DNA of 62,462 nt, filler included, from Nitrospinae bacterium RIFCSPLOWO2_12_FULL_45_22 (GTDB taxonomy: Bacteria; 2-12-FULL-45-22): NCBI GenBank assembly GCA_001803565.1. It is 6 parts of 6 records of this genome, joined end to end, with 100 filler letters (N's around TTAATTAATTAA, not from the genome) between each part and the next. Parts side by side here need not be neighbours in the genome. Positions count along the whole stretch, not along the records: positions 21,656 to 34,756 come from MHDQ01000219.1; positions 34,857 to 43,861 come from MHDQ01000220.1; 4 more parts are not named here. One strand, 5' to 3'. The position numbers were made by a program, and so were the translations under genes. A model generated the notes under the pieces. The model saw nothing but the letters and a program-made list of their open reading frames with translations. It was not told where the DNA came from and ran no database searches. Below, one piece after another: positions 30,655 through 40,535 of this stretch. Numbering within the stretch: position 1 is the stretch's first letter; every line of letters starts with the position of its first letter.

Positions 30655-30893
30655 AGCAATTCCCGGTCAAATTATAAACCGTTGGGATTGCTTCGCTATC
30701 CCTTCGTTGTCCGCCACACCTCGCTCGCGGCTCCGGATCAGAGCTAAAGGCCCTGCGCAATGATAGAAAAAGTCTTCCTCATGTCATTGCAAGGCTTGTC
30801 CCGAGCATAAGCGAGGGGACCGGCCGAAGCAATCTCAAAAACCGGATCGGAACAGGCTCCGCAATCTTATGATAGTTTTGACCGGGAAGTGCT
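30655..30893. mobile_element. MITE-like element with AGCAATTCCCGGTCAAA TIRs enclosing REP-like palindromes
   Basis: Right end TTTGACCGGGAAGTGCT matches 16 of 17 positions. Confidence 0.7.
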
Positions 30894-30912
30894 TGCCTGG
30901 CCATATATTATA

Positions 30913-30950
30913 TGCGCCATATGACGCATATGCGTGGCGCCATATGGCGC
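30913..30950. promoter_or_regulatory. tandem enhancer-binding-protein sites
   Basis: TGCGCCATATGACGCA and perfect palindrome GCGCCATATGGCGC about 90-125 nt upstream of a sigma54 site. Confidence 0.65.
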
Positions 30951-31035
30951 CTAACACGCATCTTCCAGATGCCCGACTCCTGGGAGCAAACCGTTTAAAT
31001 CATTGCCATATAACGAATCCCGCATGCCCCTCCCT

Positions 31036-31051
31036 TCGGCATACTATTTGC
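31036..31051 (+). promoter_or_regulatory. sigma54 -24/-12 promoter
   Basis: TCGGCAT-ACTAT-TTGC (GG-N10-GC) upstream of the multiheme cytochrome genes. Confidence 0.7.
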
Positions 31052-31303
31052 CCTTCTTAATTATACCCCCTAAGAATGTGTGTGAATATTGACACGATAG
31101 AAGCGAGAGAAAAGAAAGGAGGGATATGAGTTTTGAGCGTGATCAAAGATACGGGGTGATGCCTCGCAGTTTATGTAGGGCAGGGCTTTAGCCTTGCCGC
31201 AATCTATCATTATTAAACGTTCAGCCCTTGGCAAAGGAGGCTAACCAATATTGGCTGAAAGCTGATGGCTGAATGCTAATGGAAGAGAAAGGAGGTTAGG
31301 TAG

Positions 31304-34024
31304 ATGAAGCAAAAGAATAAATGGCGATTTTTGGTAATTTTTCTTGCCCTGGCCATCCCGCTTTTATTAACTACAGATGCCAAGGCATGGCAGGGCGATA
31401 CCTTCTGTCTGCAATGTCACAAGACGGGCGGTGTAGTGGCGCTGGATAAAGAGAGCTATCTGAAAACGGGCCATAAGAATATGCTGCGGGAGGTATGTCC
31501 TAACAATGTATGTACCCCTTTGGCCGGCCCTGATGGGGTTATCTATCTCACCGACGCCAGTCTCAATCCGATTAACTGGGCTACCGGAACGGTTAATATT
31601 GGCGGGGTAGATAAGATACTCTATTACATCCTTGATGGCTGGTTTGTTGAGAATACTCTACCCTCGGCGATATATGGGAGTGCAAATCCTGCGGATCCTC
31701 CTGGTCCTAATTACAGTTGCGCCAAATGCCACACCACAGGGTACGAAGCTGATAATAATCAAACCCCTCTGCCAGCGGCGCATATAACAAACAGAACTGG
31801 AACTGGTTTCAGTACTACCGTTGGTGGTGTAGTTACTTCCTGGAACCTTGATGGGATACAGTGCGAGCGCTGCCATGGTGGGATGAATCCCCCATTCGCA
31901 GGCCACCCAATTTTAGGGAGTTTAACTTGCACAAACTGCCATGATGGGACCAATCCACTAAATCACTCCAACTCAAGCCCAACTAATTGGTATGACCCTA
32001 CACATCCGGAATACGAGGCAACAACTGAGCTGTGTATGAACTGCCATAGCCAAAATGCACTTCCACCTGGTGGATCTGGCTGGAGCACGCCGCAGCCGAA
32101 GCCCCTTGTAGTTGGGGCCCACGGTAGCTATGCCGAGGATTTTTCGGGCCACCCCATAGGTGATGAGTACTTAAACAGCCCGAAGGCAAGGTTCCAGGGA
32201 ACTTCGGCAGAGTTAACTGTCTCATCAAAATATCATAGCCATTTCTGGACTAGCGGCAAAAACAGGGGATGTGTCGGTTGTCACGATGTGCACGAAAGTA
32301 CTGTGGATGTGATAGAGGCATCGCCGATACCCGCAGACAAAGAATGTACCGATTGCCACGGCTATAAGAAAGTGGCAGATATACGCCATCCCTCCGGAGA
32401 AGAAACGCCCATTGAAGATCCCACCGTACAAAGTATGGACCCCTGTGTGGTCTGCCATATGCCTAAACTTCATCACGGAGAAGGGCTCAGGACCCATCTC
32501 TACCGGATAAACATTGACCCTGCCTACCGGACCTTCCCTACCCCAATGGAATTCTATGGTGGGGTATGTAATGACACGCATGACGGTAAGGGTGGTGGTC
32601 CAGATGGTGATTGTGATGATTATATTGACACCAATGGCAATAAGAAATGGGATGTTGGTGAACCAATAGAGAATAATAAGGCGGCTGGAAAGACCACAGC
32701 TTATACCGCTTCTGATGGCGAATTGGAAGAAGCGGTCTGGCTGGATCTGGACAGTGCCTGCGGCCAATGCCACGGTGGTGGGACAGATAAGGCTGAAACT
32801 ACCGGCTCAATCGATGCGAAATCGATGACTTTAACGGTGGCAGATGCTACCGGCTTTATTGCGGGTGAAGTCATTGAGGTTGAGGGTGCAGGAACCAGTG
32901 ATCTGGAAGCCGTGATCGTCAGTATTAGTGAAAATTCAATTAAGATTGTGCCCGGGGCAGCAACTACTGTAACTGATGCACACGTGATCCAAAATCCTCC
33001 AAAAAAAGGTATGCCCTATATGAGCAAGGCCTACCTGGCATCCTGGGCGGTCAATATCCATCAGACACCTGAGGGAAGGTTCAACTGGATGCATGGCACA
33101 GACTGTTACCAGGTAAACTTCGATGCTACCATGAACCGCGGTGCCACTGATACCGTCACTAAGTTTGCTTGGAATTTTGGTGATCTTAAAACTTGGAGTA
33201 AGCCTGCCGATAATGATGCAAACACAAACTGCAATGACAAAGGGACCATTTGTAGTCATACCTATGCCGCACCAGGCACTTATGCCGTTACCCTGACCGT
33301 TAATTACAGCCTATCCCGCATCATGCTGGTAACGGCAAAGGGTAACAGTGCCGTTCCGGATAGCTTCTTCGATGTGTTTACCAATTATGATGGGGCATGT
33401 ACGGATGGTAATCCATGCACCGATGATCCAACGGGTATGACAGCACGGGTAAAAGATGGCTCGGCTCCCAATTCCTGTGGGGCAACCACCGCTGGTACCG
33501 CCTATGTCATGTGGGGAGATGGGACCACTACGCAAGAGGGCATTACTCTTGGAGACGCAGAGTGGGATCACGAGTACAATAACCCGGGCACATACCACAT
33601 CACTTACTGTGTCAAGGACAGCAATGGTAACAAGTCCTGCGCACCTAAGGTAACTGTGAATGTACCTGACAAGCCAACGGCGGTATATGAAGTGAGTGGT
33701 CTAATCACCTATGACGCTGATACACCGTGCTATGACTTAAATGGCGATGGTGATTGTACTGACCTTGGCGAAGTGGGTCCCGGGAATGGTGCTGCCAACG
33801 TCACCCTCTACCTGAAAAACGGCTTGACCATTGTCAAGATGGGTAAGACCGATACTTCAGGCAACTATGAGATAAACAATGTGCCAGTATTAGACACTGA
33901 TGGTGACGGAGTTGAAGACCCCTACACCATAGTGCCAAAGAGGAACGGATACTTCTTCACACCTGAGACGCAGGAAGTGGATAGCTCAAGTCCGATGGCA
34001 GACTTTGAAGCCACTTCAGAGTAG
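31304..34024 (+). CDS. large exported 9-heme cytochrome c with PKD and Ig/carboxypeptidase-regulatory-like C-terminal domains
   Basis: Signal peptide; nine CxxCH; WNFGD..SHTYAAPGTYAVTLTV and WGDG..HEYNNPGTY PKD signatures; DxNGDG loops. Confidence 0.92.
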   Translation: MKQKNKWRFLVIFLALAIPLLLTTDAKAWQGDTFCLQCHKTGGVVALDKESYLKTGHKNMLREVCPNNVCTPLAGPDGVIYLTDASLNPINWATGTVNIGGVDKILYYILDGWFVENTLPSAIYGSANPADPPGPNYSCAKCHTTGYEADNNQTPLPAAHITNRTGTGFSTTVGGVVTSWNLDGIQCERCHGGMNPPFAGHPILGSLTCTNCHDGTNPLNHSNSSPTNWYDPTHPEYEATTELCMNCHSQNALPPGGSGWSTPQPKPLVVGAHGSYAEDFSGHPIGDEYLNSPKARFQGTSAELTVSSKYHSHFWTSGKNRGCVGCHDVHESTVDVIEASPIPADKECTDCHGYKKVADIRHPSGEETPIEDPTVQSMDPCVVCHMPKLHHGEGLRTHLYRINIDPAYRTFPTPMEFYGGVCNDTHDGKGGGPDGDCDDYIDTNGNKKWDVGEPIENNKAAGKTTAYTASDGELEEAVWLDLDSACGQCHGGGTDKAETTGSIDAKSMTLTVADATGFIAGEVIEVEGAGTSDLEAVIVSISENSIKIVPGAATTVTDAHVIQNPPKKGMPYMSKAYLASWAVNIHQTPEGRFNWMHGTDCYQVNFDATMNRGATDTVTKFAWNFGDLKTWSKPADNDANTNCNDKGTICSHTYAAPGTYAVTLTVNYSLSRIMLVTAKGNSAVPDSFFDVFTNYDGACTDGNPCTDDPTGMTARVKDGSAPNSCGATTAGTAYVMWGDGTTTQEGITLGDAEWDHEYNNPGTYHITYCVKDSNGNKSCAPKVTVNVPDKPTAVYEVSGLITYDADTPCYDLNGDGDCTDLGEVGPGNGAANVTLYLKNGLTIVKMGKTDTSGNYEINNVPVLDTDGDGVEDPYTIVPKRNGYFFTPETQEVDSSSPMADFEATSE

Positions 34025-34038
34025 TAAATGGAGAGGTT

Positions 34039-34073
34039 AGCGGGGACAGATTCCAAATCTGTCCCCGCTCTTT
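34039..34073 (+). terminator. strong hairpin (terminator, mRNA stabiliser or REP-like)
   Basis: AGCGGGGACAGATT-CCA-AATCTGTCCCCGCT followed by CTTT. Confidence 0.55.
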
Positions 34074-34222
34074 AATCCTTGGCTGAATAGGGGGTGCCAG
34101 GGGTTATAGGTACAAGGGAGGTTCTAGGTTCGACGTTAGAAGTAAGGACCTAGAACGATGAACTCAGAACGGAAAACGTAGAACGTCGAACGAATAAACG
34201 AATAATGGAAGGAGGGAAGAGG

Positions 34223-34756
34223 ATGAAAAAAACGATCAGTTTAATAATCATGTTCCTTGCCCTGTCCCTTTTCCTCTGCTCAGGTAGTGTTATAGCAGCG
34301 GATTATAGTTCAAAGACTCCGGGGACAGGCATCGAGGATACAGCCCATGACCTCCGGTATGGACATCCTGCCGGTGATGTTTATGGGGCCAATGATGTCG
34401 ATAATGAATATGGTGGCGGTGACCTGAACCGGATATGTATCTGGTGCCATGCACCACACCATACCCTCAGGCCGGCCGATTTTGCCGGGGATATTGACTA
34501 TCTACCCCTGTGGAACCATACCACCACGACCATGGTTTATCAGACCTATAGCAATGGGGCGGATGATCCGGATGACCCAAACCATGCCTCTACGGCAGAG
34601 ATCCTGGCCAATCAACCGGGCTCAGTATCCAAGCTCTGCCTGAGCTGTCATGATGGTACCGTGGCAGTCAATGAGTATGGTTTTGCCCCGGGTGACATCA
34701 AGTCCAGTGGTGTACGCAAGGGAGATGCCCCGGTCTTTATCACGTCCCAGTACCGG
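34223..34756 (+). CDS. OmcE-like multiheme cytochrome c, 3'-truncated at contig end
   Basis: Signal peptide; TAHDL, ICIWCHAPH, PLWN, SKLCLSCHDG in the same order as Geobacter OmcE. Confidence 0.8.
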
Positions 34757-34856
34757 NNNNNNNNNNNNNNNNNNNNNNNNNNNNNNNNNNNNNNNNNNNN
34801 TTAATTAATTAANNNNNNNNNNNNNNNNNNNNNNNNNNNNNNNNNNNNNNNNNNNN

Positions 34857-34958
34857 CATAGTGGTCAGGCTTATAATCAAGGTAATCGCGGTACCTACCG
34901 AGAGGATCATTTTTAGCTTCACGCTATTTATACTTATATCTGCTAATTTCTTAAACAT
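34857..34958 (-). CDS. N-terminal fragment of a membrane sensor protein
   Basis: MFKKLADISINSVKLKMILSVGTAITLIISLTTM runs into the linker. Confidence 0.55.
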
Positions 34959-35383
34959 CGCTACTCGTTGCTAAGTGCTTCGTTTCATAAATACAGTTAT
35001 GTACTATATGCAAACCAATAAACAAGTTGACATTAGGGCAATTTAAATATTTTTGGGGATTCAATAGTTCGATAAATTTTTAACCGTTCACCGCAGAGAT
35101 CTGCGCCTCTGCGGTTACCCCAGGATATTGATCAATTACAAATTAATCATAAAACTACATGCTTGACTTCCCGGGAAACCTTTGCGATCTTAGCGCGGCT
35201 TTGGGGCTGATTTAACAAGGCTTTGTGGTAAGCGAAACGAATCTCTTGGGCGCTATAGAGCGTGCTTGGTTTATATGAACAATGTGTCACATTAAAAATT
35301 TAGGGGGGAAACCCTGCCCCAATTTCAACTGGATTTCCCCCCTGAAAGAGATCGAGAACCCTTTCCTGCAATCAATAATTAAT

Positions 35384-35968
35384 CTATTTCCAATGCTTGA
35401 TCTTCTCTTTATATTCCGCAAAATTGAAGGGTTTATGAACCGGATTCTCTTCGTTGTGGCAGGTAGTACAGGTCTTTTCATCCGGGATTATCATGCCCGC
35501 AGCGATGGCGGCTTTGCGGGCTGCCTCCCGGTTCTCTTTGTAGGCCTTCACACTCATTATCTTGGGGCTGCGGTAGTCACTACCTGCTCCATGACAGGCC
35601 TCACATCCAACATTGGCCAACTTTGGGGCCTTCTCCATACTTTCAAACCCTCCAGGTTGACCATAGCCTGTGGTGTGGCACTTCAGACATTTAGGGTCGG
35701 TAGTATAATCTTTCTGGGGATCAAGCTTGGCCTTGGTCTTGGCATCAGCGGCTGCACCAGGTTTCAGGGTTTCCATCGCCTTAGCCATCTTGGTAGCCTC
35801 CCAGACCTTATACTGGGCGCCACCAATCTTTACATTAGAATGACATGCCTTACATTTATCCACCCCAACAAAATTGGCCGGACCAGCAAATAATCCAGTT
35901 GATTGGAAAATAACCAGCAAGCTACATATACTCATTATCCCTACAATTCGCTTTATAATCTCAGTCAT
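35384..35968 (-). CDS. cytochrome c554 family tetraheme cytochrome
   Basis: FVGxxKCKACH, CLKCHTTGYG, NVGCEACHGAGS, CTTCH. Confidence 0.92.
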   Translation of the reverse strand: MTEIIKRIVGIMSICSLLVIFQSTGLFAGPANFVGVDKCKACHSNVKIGGAQYKVWEATKMAKAMETLKPGAAADAKTKAKLDPQKDYTTDPKCLKCHTTGYGQPGGFESMEKAPKLANVGCEACHGAGSDYRSPKIMSVKAYKENREAARKAAIAAGMIIPDEKTCTTCHNEENPVHKPFNFAEYKEKIKHWK

Positions 35969-36577
35969 CGCTTATCCCTCCTCACCAATTCTTCCTCTTC
36001 CAAATGTTTATCCATCACTATAACCGGTCACTATGCCTACTATCTCCTTCTTACTTACGAAAGCATTAATAAAACTATAGACTCCTTTAGCCTGGCTAGC
36101 TCATGGCCCCCTGGCCTGCACCTTTTCTAAGCCCGCAATTAGTTGTTTAATATCGACCTCTGCCGGTATTCCCTTACCGGGATTTATCCTATTAAGATTA
36201 CCATCTACTCCAGGAAATTTACCGCTGCCCATTGATTGCCCTTGACTTTTACCAAGAGATACCGGTCTCCCCTTACTACCAATCTCAACAAGAAGCATAA
36301 ACAGCCCGCACAAATCTCCTTTATACTCTATAACTTTATCCCCTTCATGTCAAGTTGATGTCAAGCATTTCCTTGTCATTAATGATCTATAAATCTTCAC
36401 TTTATTTTTTTCTTGCCAACTCCCCCCCTTTTAGGCTACACTGATTAAGCCTTGCCCGGAGGGGAAAATTTTTCTCTGAGCGCCCTATTTAGTAGCATTG
36501 ATGCCTGATTTTAAAAACCAGCAGTAATGCAGTCCACGTTGACTTAACCATTATAATTACCGAGGAGGGATGGAGTT

Positions 36578-37009
36578 ATGGGTAAGATCGTATTTATTTG
36601 TAGAGATGCCTTAGAAAACTCTATTATAAGTAACTTAGGAATGGCTATGGAGGCTAAAAAAGCTGGCGAAGAGCCCGAAGTCATCTTTACCCAGGAGGCA
36701 TTAGCAGCCCTATCCGGAGCATCTTTTGACTGGTCCCCTCTGTTCCGGCAGCGGGAGATACGGATGAAGATAGCCAAGAACGCTGAAAAAAGGGGTATCC
36801 CGGTTGCCAGCGCCAAGGATGCCCGGTGGACCGACATGAAGAGGCTGATAAAGGGGGCAAAGGAAGCCGGAGTAACTATGTCCGCTTGCCCGCTCTGGAG
36901 TGATCTTCTAGAGGTAAAAGGTAAGCTCCCACCGGAGATAACAGAAATAGGTTCGACTGAGGTCTTAAAGAGGCTTAAAGAAGCTACCGCTATCATTGGA
37001 AACCTTTAG
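36578..37009 (+). CDS. DsrE/DsrF-like protein
   Basis: IFTQEAL, AKEAGVxxxACP, (S)TE..ATAII pattern. Confidence 0.7.
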   Translation: MGKIVFICRDALENSIISNLGMAMEAKKAGEEPEVIFTQEALAALSGASFDWSPLFRQREIRMKIAKNAEKRGIPVASAKDARWTDMKRLIKGAKEAGVTMSACPLWSDLLEVKGKLPPEITEIGSTEVLKRLKEATAIIGNL

Positions 37010-37035
37010 TAAAACCTGGAAAGGAGGAGAGGAAG

Positions 37036-37887
37036 ATGGTAGAGTGGACACCATGGGAAAAAGTAAAGGGATTTGATTTTGAAGAGATCCTCTATGAGAA
37101 AAAGTATCGGGTTCAAGGTGGTGGTGTAGGCCGGTTAACTTTTAACCGTCCTGAGAGGATGAATTCCTTCACCAGTAAAGGTATATCAGAAATGAGCATA
37201 GGCTTATTTGATGCCAGTAAGGATACTACTCTAGGGGTAGTTGTTATGACTGGTATAGGAGATAACTTTGGCACTGGCGGTGATGTAAGGTGGGAGGCCA
37301 GTGGTGGGCTCCAAGATGTATTTGGGGGTGGTGGTGCGGGCCCAGACTCGGCCCTGCGCTGTTGCCGCAAGCCTATCATTGCTGCGGTAAAAGGCTATTG
37401 CATTGGTGGCTCTCATCATATAGCTTATTTTTGCGACCTGACCATTGCAGCCGATAACTCCATCTTTGGTCAGACCGGCCCCCGGGTCGGAAGCCCAGCG
37501 CAGGGTTATATTGTTAGTTATTTGACCCATGTAGTAGGGGCAAAGAAGGCCCGCGAGATATGGTATATGACCCGGCAATATACCGCCCAGGAGGCCCTAC
37601 AACTCGGACTAGTCAATGCCGTAGTCCCCTTAGAAAAGCTAGACGAAGAAGTAGATAAATGGTGTGATGATTTGTTAGACAAGTGTCCCACTATCTTGAT
37701 GTTCCAAAAGGCCAGCTTTGAGGCTATCTATGACCATATGGATGGAGACTTTACTCGCTATTTGGCCCGTATGGCGCCTGATTTCTTTGAAAGTGGCGAG
37801 CCCCAAGAAGCCCAGGCCGCTTATTTTGAAAAGAGAACACCAGACCACTGGAAAAATCGGCTACCAGACTTTCTGAAAAAAACGTAA
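37036..37887 (+). CDS. crotonase family enzyme (MenB/BadI-like)
   Basis: FNRPERMN, GGD, KPIIAAVKGYCIGG, FGQTGPRVGSP, KKAREIWY. Confidence 0.88.
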   Translation: MVEWTPWEKVKGFDFEEILYEKKYRVQGGGVGRLTFNRPERMNSFTSKGISEMSIGLFDASKDTTLGVVVMTGIGDNFGTGGDVRWEASGGLQDVFGGGGAGPDSALRCCRKPIIAAVKGYCIGGSHHIAYFCDLTIAADNSIFGQTGPRVGSPAQGYIVSYLTHVVGAKKAREIWYMTRQYTAQEALQLGLVNAVVPLEKLDEEVDKWCDDLLDKCPTILMFQKASFEAIYDHMDGDFTRYLARMAPDFFESGEPQEAQAAYFEKRTPDHWKNRLPDFLKKT

Positions 37888-37969
37888 GTATCCACCGCAG
37901 AGACGCGTAAAAGATACGTAAGGCGTGAGAGTGTTACGGGTAAGGAGATACCCCTCACGCCTTACCCCT

Positions 37970-39391
37970 CTAGTTCTTCTCCATAAGCGATTCCAAGAGC
38001 TTTCTTCGGGAAGGGTGGCTGAGTTTTTCTAAGGCCAGGTATTCTATCTGTCTTATCCTCTCTCGACTAACGCCCAAAAGGTCACCGATCTCTTGTAAAG
38101 TATATTCGCCAGATCCTTCAATCCCATAACGCATCCTTAATATCTTCTCCTCCTTAGGACTAAGGGTGGATAGGGCCTGGAGTAGTTTTTGTACCATATC
38201 TTCATTCATTACCAGGTCTAGAGGAGAAGTAGTACCCTGATCCGCTATAAAATCTCTTACCCGGCTCTCTTCATCTCCTACAGGACTTTCTAACGAAAGG
38301 GGCTTCTTGGCCATCTGAATAATATCTTCCACCCCTTGGGGAGACATTTTCAATTCTAGAGCAATCTCTTCCGGGCTTGGTTCTCTACCCTGCTCTCTCC
38401 ATAGCCTGTATGCAGTAGCAGTAACTTTCTTTATGACTTCAGTAATATACACTGGTATCCTTATAGTCCTCGTCTGCTCGGCAATGGCCCTATTTATAGA
38501 CTGTCTTATCCACCATATGGCATAAGTGCTAAACTTATATCCCCTGCGATAATCGAATTTTTCAGCCGCTTTAACCAGTCCCATATTGCCTTCCTGCACT
38601 AGGTCAAGGAAGCGGAGCCCGCGATTCAGATACTGCTTTGCCACAGTAACCACCAATCTCAAATTAGCCTCTATCAGCTTGTTCTTTGCCTCCCTGGCCA
38701 CTCTTTCACCATGCTCAATAGCAACCAAAACCTGCTTTATCTCCTCTTTTTCTTCTAAACCAGCTCTTTCCTGATAACCTTTGAGTTTAGCGATCAATTT
38801 TTGAATAAAATCATTTCTAAAATCTATCCCCTCCAATATCCTCCTGAGCTTATCCCCTCCCTTGACTGCCTCAGCTATTAACCGTCGCTTTTTTCTAGGG
38901 GATAAGTTTTTACCAGTTAAAAATAGCTCTTCTATCTTTTTATTCTCTCGGCCAATCCTCCTTATTTCTCTTATTGAAGCCCAAGAATCCAGGTAATACT
39001 GCGTGCCGGGCCCTTTGTCAATATTGTTGATAACATCTCCGATTTTCTCCTCACCCCGCTCTAATTGCTCTGCTAAAATCATAATCTCTTCCACTACAAT
39101 CTTTCGACTAAATAAGGCATTTCTTACCTCTCTTTCTCCTTCCTCGCGCCGCTTCCCTAACTCTCTTTCTTCATCTTTGCTAATAAGAGGTAAAAGGGAC
39201 ATATTTTTAAAATAGGCTCGGCAGAGGTCATACCCCCCCCGGATAGCTTCATGCTTCAACCCCTTCTCTTCTTCTTCCAATTCTTCTAATGGGGCATCTC
39301 TTAAGCCCCATTCGTCATCTTCCGTAGTCGTTAGTAAACTCTGCAGGGCATCATCATTATCTTCCGGTTGCCACATCTTACTCACCCTCAT
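37970..39391 (-). CDS. RpoD-family sigma70 factor (no obvious region 1.1)
   Basis: [42 protein letters not shown]. Confidence 0.93.
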   Translation of the reverse strand: MRVSKMWQPEDNDDALQSLLTTTEDDEWGLRDAPLEELEEEEKGLKHEAIRGGYDLCRAYFKNMSLLPLISKDEERELGKRREEGEREVRNALFSRKIVVEEIMILAEQLERGEEKIGDVINNIDKGPGTQYYLDSWASIREIRRIGRENKKIEELFLTGKNLSPRKKRRLIAEAVKGGDKLRRILEGIDFRNDFIQKLIAKLKGYQERAGLEEKEEIKQVLVAIEHGERVAREAKNKLIEANLRLVVTVAKQYLNRGLRFLDLVQEGNMGLVKAAEKFDYRRGYKFSTYAIWWIRQSINRAIAEQTRTIRIPVYITEVIKKVTATAYRLWREQGREPSPEEIALELKMSPQGVEDIIQMAKKPLSLESPVGDEESRVRDFIADQGTTSPLDLVMNEDMVQKLLQALSTLSPKEEKILRMRYGIEGSGEYTLQEIGDLLGVSRERIRQIEYLALEKLSHPSRRKLLESLMEKN

Positions 39392-39844
39392 TCTCTATAG
39401 AAAGTATTATTTTTACCAAACCAATTATTTCCGATCAAGGTACCTTACCCTAATTTTGTTTCTTTTATAAGATCACTAATAGATGAATGCAATTTTTATG
39501 TTGTAAAACCCCTACTGCCTATTTCCTGTTCCTGAAAGCTCTCTCTACCCTCGCAATTACCTCCGCTAAAGGATAAAATTTTTGGGTAATGTCCAATATT
39601 TCGTGGTTTGACCTTAAGCCCTGGGTCTATAATCCCTGGTACAGGAGCCTTAAAAACTCCAGGGTAACCACGCCAGTTAAATTTTAATGATGAACCCACA
39701 CTTTGTCAAAAGAGAGATAACGCTCATCAGGTAACCGGCTACAGAGATAACCAAGAGGTGGGGCTTGACAAGAACCGCCTAAAATAGATAAAGTATTATA
39801 TCTGGTAAGCGGATAGAGGCTAAAGGAGCCGGAGATTATTCCCG

Positions 39845-40228
39845 ATGCGCGATAAGGTAAAAAAGCTGCTGAAGATAAGTGAGCTATCGTCCCTGGTTGG
39901 TGTCCCTAAAGAGGCTATTCGATATTATATAAAAGAGGGACTCCTACCCAGACCGCAAAAAACTAGCAAAAACATGGCTTACTATGATGAGAGTTTTATC
40001 GAGCGGATTAAGGCAATAAAAGAATTGCAGAAAAAGAGGTTTTTACCTTTGAGGATTATAAAGAATATCATAGGGGAAGATAGTGGTGAAAGTAGTCTCA
40101 ATGAAATAAAGACCCTTTTAGAGTTGGATGGTAAGATTTTTAAGCCTATTGACCACTTACTGAATTTTATCCCTTTATCGGCTAATGCTCTAAAGGCGTC
40201 TTCATCGGTCCGGTCATCACCAATATAA
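39845..40228 (+). pseudogene. truncated duplicate of the MerR regulator
   Basis: First 111 aa identical to 40536-41273, then unrelated tail. Confidence 0.85.
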
Positions 40229-40272
40229 ATAGAAAAAAGACCTGGTAATAATAACTGTCTTTGGCATGCCAT
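40169..40272 (-). pseudogene. otsB: trehalose-6-phosphate phosphatase fragment
   Basis: IYIGDDRTDEDAFRAL HAD motif; plausible C-terminus VTLEFLRLLYQGL* at 39627-39668. Confidence 0.7.
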
Positions 40273-40535
40273 CTAGGCTGCATAGCGGTTTAGAGCCTCA
40301 TAGAATAGCGAAATTAGAAGGACATCAGTAGATTATACCACCAATCGTAATATGGTAACCAGGCCAGTTAAATTTTAATGATGAACCCACACTTTGTCAA
40401 AAGAGAGATAACGCTCATCAGGTAACCGGCTACAGAGATAACCAAGAGGTGGGGCTTGACAAGAACCGCCTAAAATAGATAAAGTATTATATCTGGTAAG
40501 CGGATAGAGGCTAAAGGAGCCGGAGATTATTCCCG

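Noticed and set aside
31060-31303. Cyclic-dinucleotide (GEMM) riboswitch before the cytochrome genes
   Set aside because: No GGCAAA/GCAAAG two-stem pattern seen; region holds REP and 7-mer remnants
35282-35893. 203-aa plus-strand ORF and other antisense ORFs in the track
   Set aside because: Shadows of well-supported genes on the opposite strand
36101-36313. 70-aa ORF upstream of the c554 gene
   Set aside because: TTG start and no recognisable motif; cannot be supported
37970-39391. Naming the sigma factor rpoD
   Set aside because: Lacks a clear region 1.1 and dnaG context; probably a paralogue
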